Made by a program: the position numbers and the translations under genes
Notes under the pieces: model-generated
Told to the model about the DNA's origin: nothing
The model's input: only the letters and a program-made list of their open reading frames with translations
Database searches by the model: none
Assembly: GCA_027452085.1 (NCBI GenBank)
Contig: DAIDHG010000007.1
Span: forward strand, 1-29,515
From: a bacterium
GTDB lineage: Bacteria > Babelota > Babeliae > Babelales > JABCYS01
Direction: 5' to 3'
Length of the DNA: 29,515 nucleotides
Part shown: piece by piece, positions 26,066 through 29,515 of the stretch
Position numbering within the stretch: the first letter of the stretch is position 1
How the letters are laid out: every line of letters starts with the position of its first letter

Positions 26066-27280
26066 CTAGGCAAGATGCGGGCCTGGATGATAGAGCAAGC
26101 AATCCTTTGCCTGAGCCATAAAATCTTTCAGTTGCCCATGCACTTTCTGCGCCAATTCTTGCTTGCTTAAAATGCCTTGTGCGCACCCACGAACACATGG
26201 CGATCCAGCAGCTTTATCAAAAAAGGCACTGAAGGTAATCAGCACATTCTTATTTTGAAAAAAATCGAGCACATAAAGCAACGGTTCTACCGTCGGCAAC
26301 TTATTAATATCGCTAATCCGCAATCGTAAGCCTGCAAATCTTTTTCGTTTGGCTTCATCATAATAGCCAAAGGCAGTGCTTTTAATGCCAAACTTATGTT
26401 CAAGTCCAAGGCTTAATGCCACCCAATCCTTTTGAGAAATATTTAATGATTCTGGCAACATGATGCATTGAAAAGCCGACCGTGTGCCAACGCCCACGTT
26501 GAATGGGCTTATCTCGCCAAGCAAGCCCAAAAACGAGTAGCCAAGCAATGAATGTAAGGAAGCTATATTGGGCGACAGTGGAGCCAACAAGGAGCCTTCA
26601 ACTCCTTTGCGATTATAGTGAGCCAGAGGAATTACATGCAGGTTTGCCGGCTTTTCAAGGATGTGTTTATTAAAATACAAAGCCAACTCTGCCATGGTCA
26701 TGCCGTGGCGCAATGGAATTGGCGCAATACCAATAAATGAAATAAGGCCTGGTTCTACCAAAGGGCCATCGACCAGACCACCAAGTGGGTTGGGCCGATC
26801 AAGAATAATAACCATTTTATTTATTTTAGCCGCGGCTTCGAGCACGCGATACATGGTTGAAACATAGGTGTAATGGCGCATTCCAGCATCTTGTAGATCA
26901 ATAAGTATCGCATCGACATCATGCACTTCATCACTAAACCGGCCCCATGGATTGCCGCCACCTTTGTATAAGCTGATCACCGGCAATTTCGTTTTTACGC
27001 AGTGGCTATCATCTATTTTTTTTTCTGCCAAAGTTTGACCATCAAGGCCATGCTCAGGCACAAAGATCTTTTTAAGCGAATATTTTTGGCGCAACAAAGC
27101 ATCGATGGTGCGTTCACCGCTCGACGTTTTTCCCGTTTGATTGGTGACAATAGCAATTGGTGTTTTATGATTAATAACCTTTTTCAATTCATACAATTGA
27201 TCAGCGCCATAAAATACCGGCACTTGCGCTGTCATTGCGCCACTTAATGCGGCGAGTAAAAAAGAAGTTGTTGAGTACAT
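26066..27280 (-). CDS. namZ: Exo-beta-N-acetylmuramidase NamZ (DUF1343/YbbC family)
   Basis: VTNQTG, FVPEHGL, PVISLY, DLQDAGMRHYTYVSTM, LDRPNPLGG, PIPLRHGMTMAELA, SPNI motifs. Confidence 0.9.
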   Translation of the reverse strand: MYSTTSFLLAALSGAMTAQVPVFYGADQLYELKKVINHKTPIAIVTNQTGKTSSGERTIDALLRQKYSLKKIFVPEHGLDGQTLAEKKIDDSHCVKTKLPVISLYKGGGNPWGRFSDEVHDVDAILIDLQDAGMRHYTYVSTMYRVLEAAAKINKMVIILDRPNPLGGLVDGPLVEPGLISFIGIAPIPLRHGMTMAELALYFNKHILEKPANLHVIPLAHYNRKGVEGSLLAPLSPNIASLHSLLGYSFLGLLGEISPFNVGVGTRSAFQCIMLPESLNISQKDWVALSLGLEHKFGIKSTAFGYYDEAKRKRFAGLRLRISDINKLPTVEPLLYVLDFFQNKNVLITFSAFFDKAAGSPCVRGCAQGILSKQELAQKVHGQLKDFMAQAKDCLLYHPGPHLA

Positions 27281-27383
27281 AGGCTCGTCCTTTAAGAAAT
27301 TTTAATAGTAAGTACAGTGTATCCAACAGCTCAACCATAGAGCAATAGCTCTGCGCATAACAGGCAAACAAGGAAGTTTTTGT

Positions 27384-28676
27384 ATGAGATTTTTATATGC
27401 ACTCTTCATAGGCTTGGCAGCTTCTTCTTTGGCAGCAACGTCCAACGTGCCACTAAACAGTGATCAAGCGATTGTCAAAAAACTCACCCTTGAGCAAAAG
27501 ATTGGCCAGCTGATTATGATGGCCGTGCCCATTAATGATGCAGATCCGCAACTACCAGCAAAGCTAGAGAAGTGGCATTGGCATCCCAATTCTGGCACAG
27601 AGTATGCGCGCCAATTGCTCGAAAAATATCATATAGGATCGGTGTTATTCATTATGGATGGCACTATTGCCTCGCAGGTAGAGGTCACTAACTATTTAAA
27701 CAAACACAACCCATCTGATTTGCCATTATTATTCGCCGCGGATTTTGAGCCCGGCCTCAACTTCTCTCGCATTTCAGATTCAGTTGCGTTGCCACGTGCT
27801 GGCATCTGGCATGAAATTATTGATTGCTATTACCAAAGCCACCCGCAGATAGTAAAAGGCTCAAAGGAAGATAAAGCGCACACACTCTTTTTTGAGCTGG
27901 GTAAAACGCTCGGCCGTCAAGCCAGTTATATGGGGGTGCAGATAGTTTTTGCACCTGTCGTTGATGTAAATTCCAATCCAAACAATCCAGTAATAAATAC
28001 GCGGGCCTTTGGATGCACCCCAGAAAAAGTTATTGAGTGCGCTATTCCGTTTATGCAGGGATTGGAAAATGAGGGAATTCTACCGGTCATTAAGCATGCA
28101 CCAGGCCATGGAGATACTACTGCCGACTCACATTATGATCTACCGGTAGTTAAAAAAACACGAAAGCAGCTTGACCAGATTGAACTAAAACCATTTAAGA
28201 CTTTAATAAAAAAAGGGGCTCCTGCTGTAATGACAGGTCATCTCTTAGTGCCAGCAATTGATAGCCAACTGCCCTGTTCAATATCTGCTGACATGATTCA
28301 GGGATTATTGCAAAAAGAGTTTGGATTCGATGGCTTAGTTTTTTGTGATGCCTTAAATATGCGCGCCCTGAAGGCATATGGTACAAGCGGAGAGTTGGCA
28401 GTACAAGCTTTTAAGGCAGGCACACACCAATTAGTTGGCCCGTATGATGTGCCCATGGCATATGACGCACTCTTAGCAGCGGTACACAAAGGGGAAATTT
28501 CGGTCAAGGAATTAGATGCACGTGTTGCAAAAATAGTTCGTTATAAATGTTTGCTACAAAAGCCGGAACCACTAGATGCTCAACAGGCGAAGAAAATGGT
28601 GACAAGTGCCGATATGCATTTAGTTATAAAACGATTACGCGATTTAGCAGAAGCAGCTGAACAGAAAGAAAAATAG
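27384..28676 (+). CDS. nagZ: GH3 beta-N-acetylglucosaminidase with signal peptide
   Basis: LTLEQKIGQL, FAPVVDVN, PVINTRAFG, KHAPGHG-x4-DSH (NagZ-type signature), VMTGH, FCDALNM. Confidence 0.9.
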   Translation: MRFLYALFIGLAASSLAATSNVPLNSDQAIVKKLTLEQKIGQLIMMAVPINDADPQLPAKLEKWHWHPNSGTEYARQLLEKYHIGSVLFIMDGTIASQVEVTNYLNKHNPSDLPLLFAADFEPGLNFSRISDSVALPRAGIWHEIIDCYYQSHPQIVKGSKEDKAHTLFFELGKTLGRQASYMGVQIVFAPVVDVNSNPNNPVINTRAFGCTPEKVIECAIPFMQGLENEGILPVIKHAPGHGDTTADSHYDLPVVKKTRKQLDQIELKPFKTLIKKGAPAVMTGHLLVPAIDSQLPCSISADMIQGLLQKEFGFDGLVFCDALNMRALKAYGTSGELAVQAFKAGTHQLVGPYDVPMAYDALLAAVHKGEISVKELDARVAKIVRYKCLLQKPEPLDAQQAKKMVTSADMHLVIKRLRDLAEAAEQKEK

Positions 28677-28677
28677 G

Positions 28678-28728
28678 GCAGATACATAAAAAGGGCCGGG
28701 AAATTTCCCGACCCTTTTTTGTATCTGC
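28678..28728. terminator. Bidirectional intrinsic terminator between convergent nagZ and the thioredoxin gene
   Basis: Long imperfect inverted repeat GCAGATACATAAAAAGGGCCGGGA-aatt-TCCCGACCCTTTTTTGTATCTGC with A/T tracts. Confidence 0.85.
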
Positions 28729-28734
28729 TTACTT

Positions 28735-29223
28735 TTAAACGCCGAACTGTTCTTTGAGTAATTGAACAAAACGTTCACGTGTCATAGAACCGGCAGTTTG
28801 GTGCACTACCTTGCCATCTTTGAAGAAAAGAATAGCAGGAATGCCTCGAACATTGTATCGTGAGGCCATGGTTTGTGCTTCGGGATTTTTGCCATCCGTT
28901 TGCACTTTCACAAATTTCACCTTGCCGGCAAACTCTTTGCTTACCTGCTCAAAAACCGGACCAAATTTCTTGCATGGCCCGCAATAGCTACCCCAGAAAT
29001 CAACGACTACTGGTTGTTGTTTACTTGCTTCCTCAACCTCTTGATTGAATGAACGCTTTATTTCTAGATCAACATGGTCGGCAGTGGTATTTGATACCTC
29101 CTCTGCACACGGTTGCGCCACATATTTCCGAGTTGATTTTGCATGATTCATGCGTGGTGTTAATAAAATCGCCATGACAATAGCGCATGCAATGCCTGAT
29201 ACGGTACGTAGATTCTTACTCAT
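28735..29223 (-). CDS. Thioredoxin with N-terminal signal/membrane anchor
   Basis: PVVVDFWGSYCGPCK, VKFVKV, YNVRGIPAILFFKDG; hydrophobic N-terminus; GGGAG RBS. Confidence 0.9.
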   Translation of the reverse strand: MSKNLRTVSGIACAIVMAILLTPRMNHAKSTRKYVAQPCAEEVSNTTADHVDLEIKRSFNQEVEEASKQQPVVVDFWGSYCGPCKKFGPVFEQVSKEFAGKVKFVKVQTDGKNPEAQTMASRYNVRGIPAILFFKDGKVVHQTAGSMTRERFVQLLKEQFGV

Positions 29224-29515
29224 AAGTGCTCCCTGGTTTAAATGTTGTACTACTCATACCTAATTCTATTGTACCAAACTCTACATACGATTCGTCAATG
29301 GTTCAAGATTGCGACTCACACAAAGCTTCCATAATGGTCGTCAATTAAACCAGATAAGTTGACAATATTTAAAAAACAAAAATTGCGAATTTTTGCTTTT
29401 CGTGCGCGCTTTTTTCGCAGTTTGCCTTGCCTGCTACTACCTGTTAACCTTTTGGCTGTTTGTGAAAAAAATTCCAAAAAAATTCCCTAAACACCAGCTG
29501 CCATCAGGCACGGTT

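Noticed and set aside
29224..29515. AT-rich non-coding end with an AAAAAATTCC tandem and TTGACA, as a possible oriC or ncRNA
   Set aside because: I found no convincing TTATCCACA DnaA boxes or recognisable RNA structure; it is probably a promoter region cut by the window edge.
1..29515. CRISPR arrays, tRNA/rRNA genes, transposases or integrases
   Set aside because: No regularly spaced repeats, RNA-gene signatures or recombinase motifs were seen, and intergenic gaps are short.

Overview
This is a gene-dense bacterial chromosome segment. By inference only (short signal-peptide ORFans, a secreted ankyrin protein, a stripped-down ftsQ-ftsA-ftsZ cluster), it resembles a protist-associated intracellular lineage such as Candidatus Dependentiae/Babeliae (TM6). 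The right half (14.5-29.2 kb) is mostly housekeeping: secA, pgeF, ftsZ, ftsA, a very divergent ftsQ-like gene, rlmB, alr, an EamA transporter, namZ, nagZ and an exported thioredoxin. The left half (1.2-14.1 kb) is the highlight. It is a co-oriented array in which four paralogous, Cys-containing, signal-peptide-bearing proteins of 515-535 aa (predicted outer-membrane beta-barrels, ending W-x-x-W-G-K-[VI]-[GS]-x-S-[LV]) each sit directly upstream of a different signal-peptide-bearing helical or low-complexity partner. Four of the five partners are built from a small shared set of shuffled modules: an N-terminal helical module, an 'LYP' module and a VAAGVG/W-rich membrane segment. The fifth is an ankyrin protein. 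Two of the barrel genes share an identically spaced upstream motif, CATTGCrAT-N14-TGsTACAAC. I recognise no known secretion-system family here, so it is a candidate undescribed barrel-plus-cargo export or surface-display system. A porin/uptake-channel expansion is the main alternative. A decayed galE fragment closes the array. I saw no rRNA, tRNA, CRISPR or IS elements. All homology calls come from visual motif recognition, not database searches.
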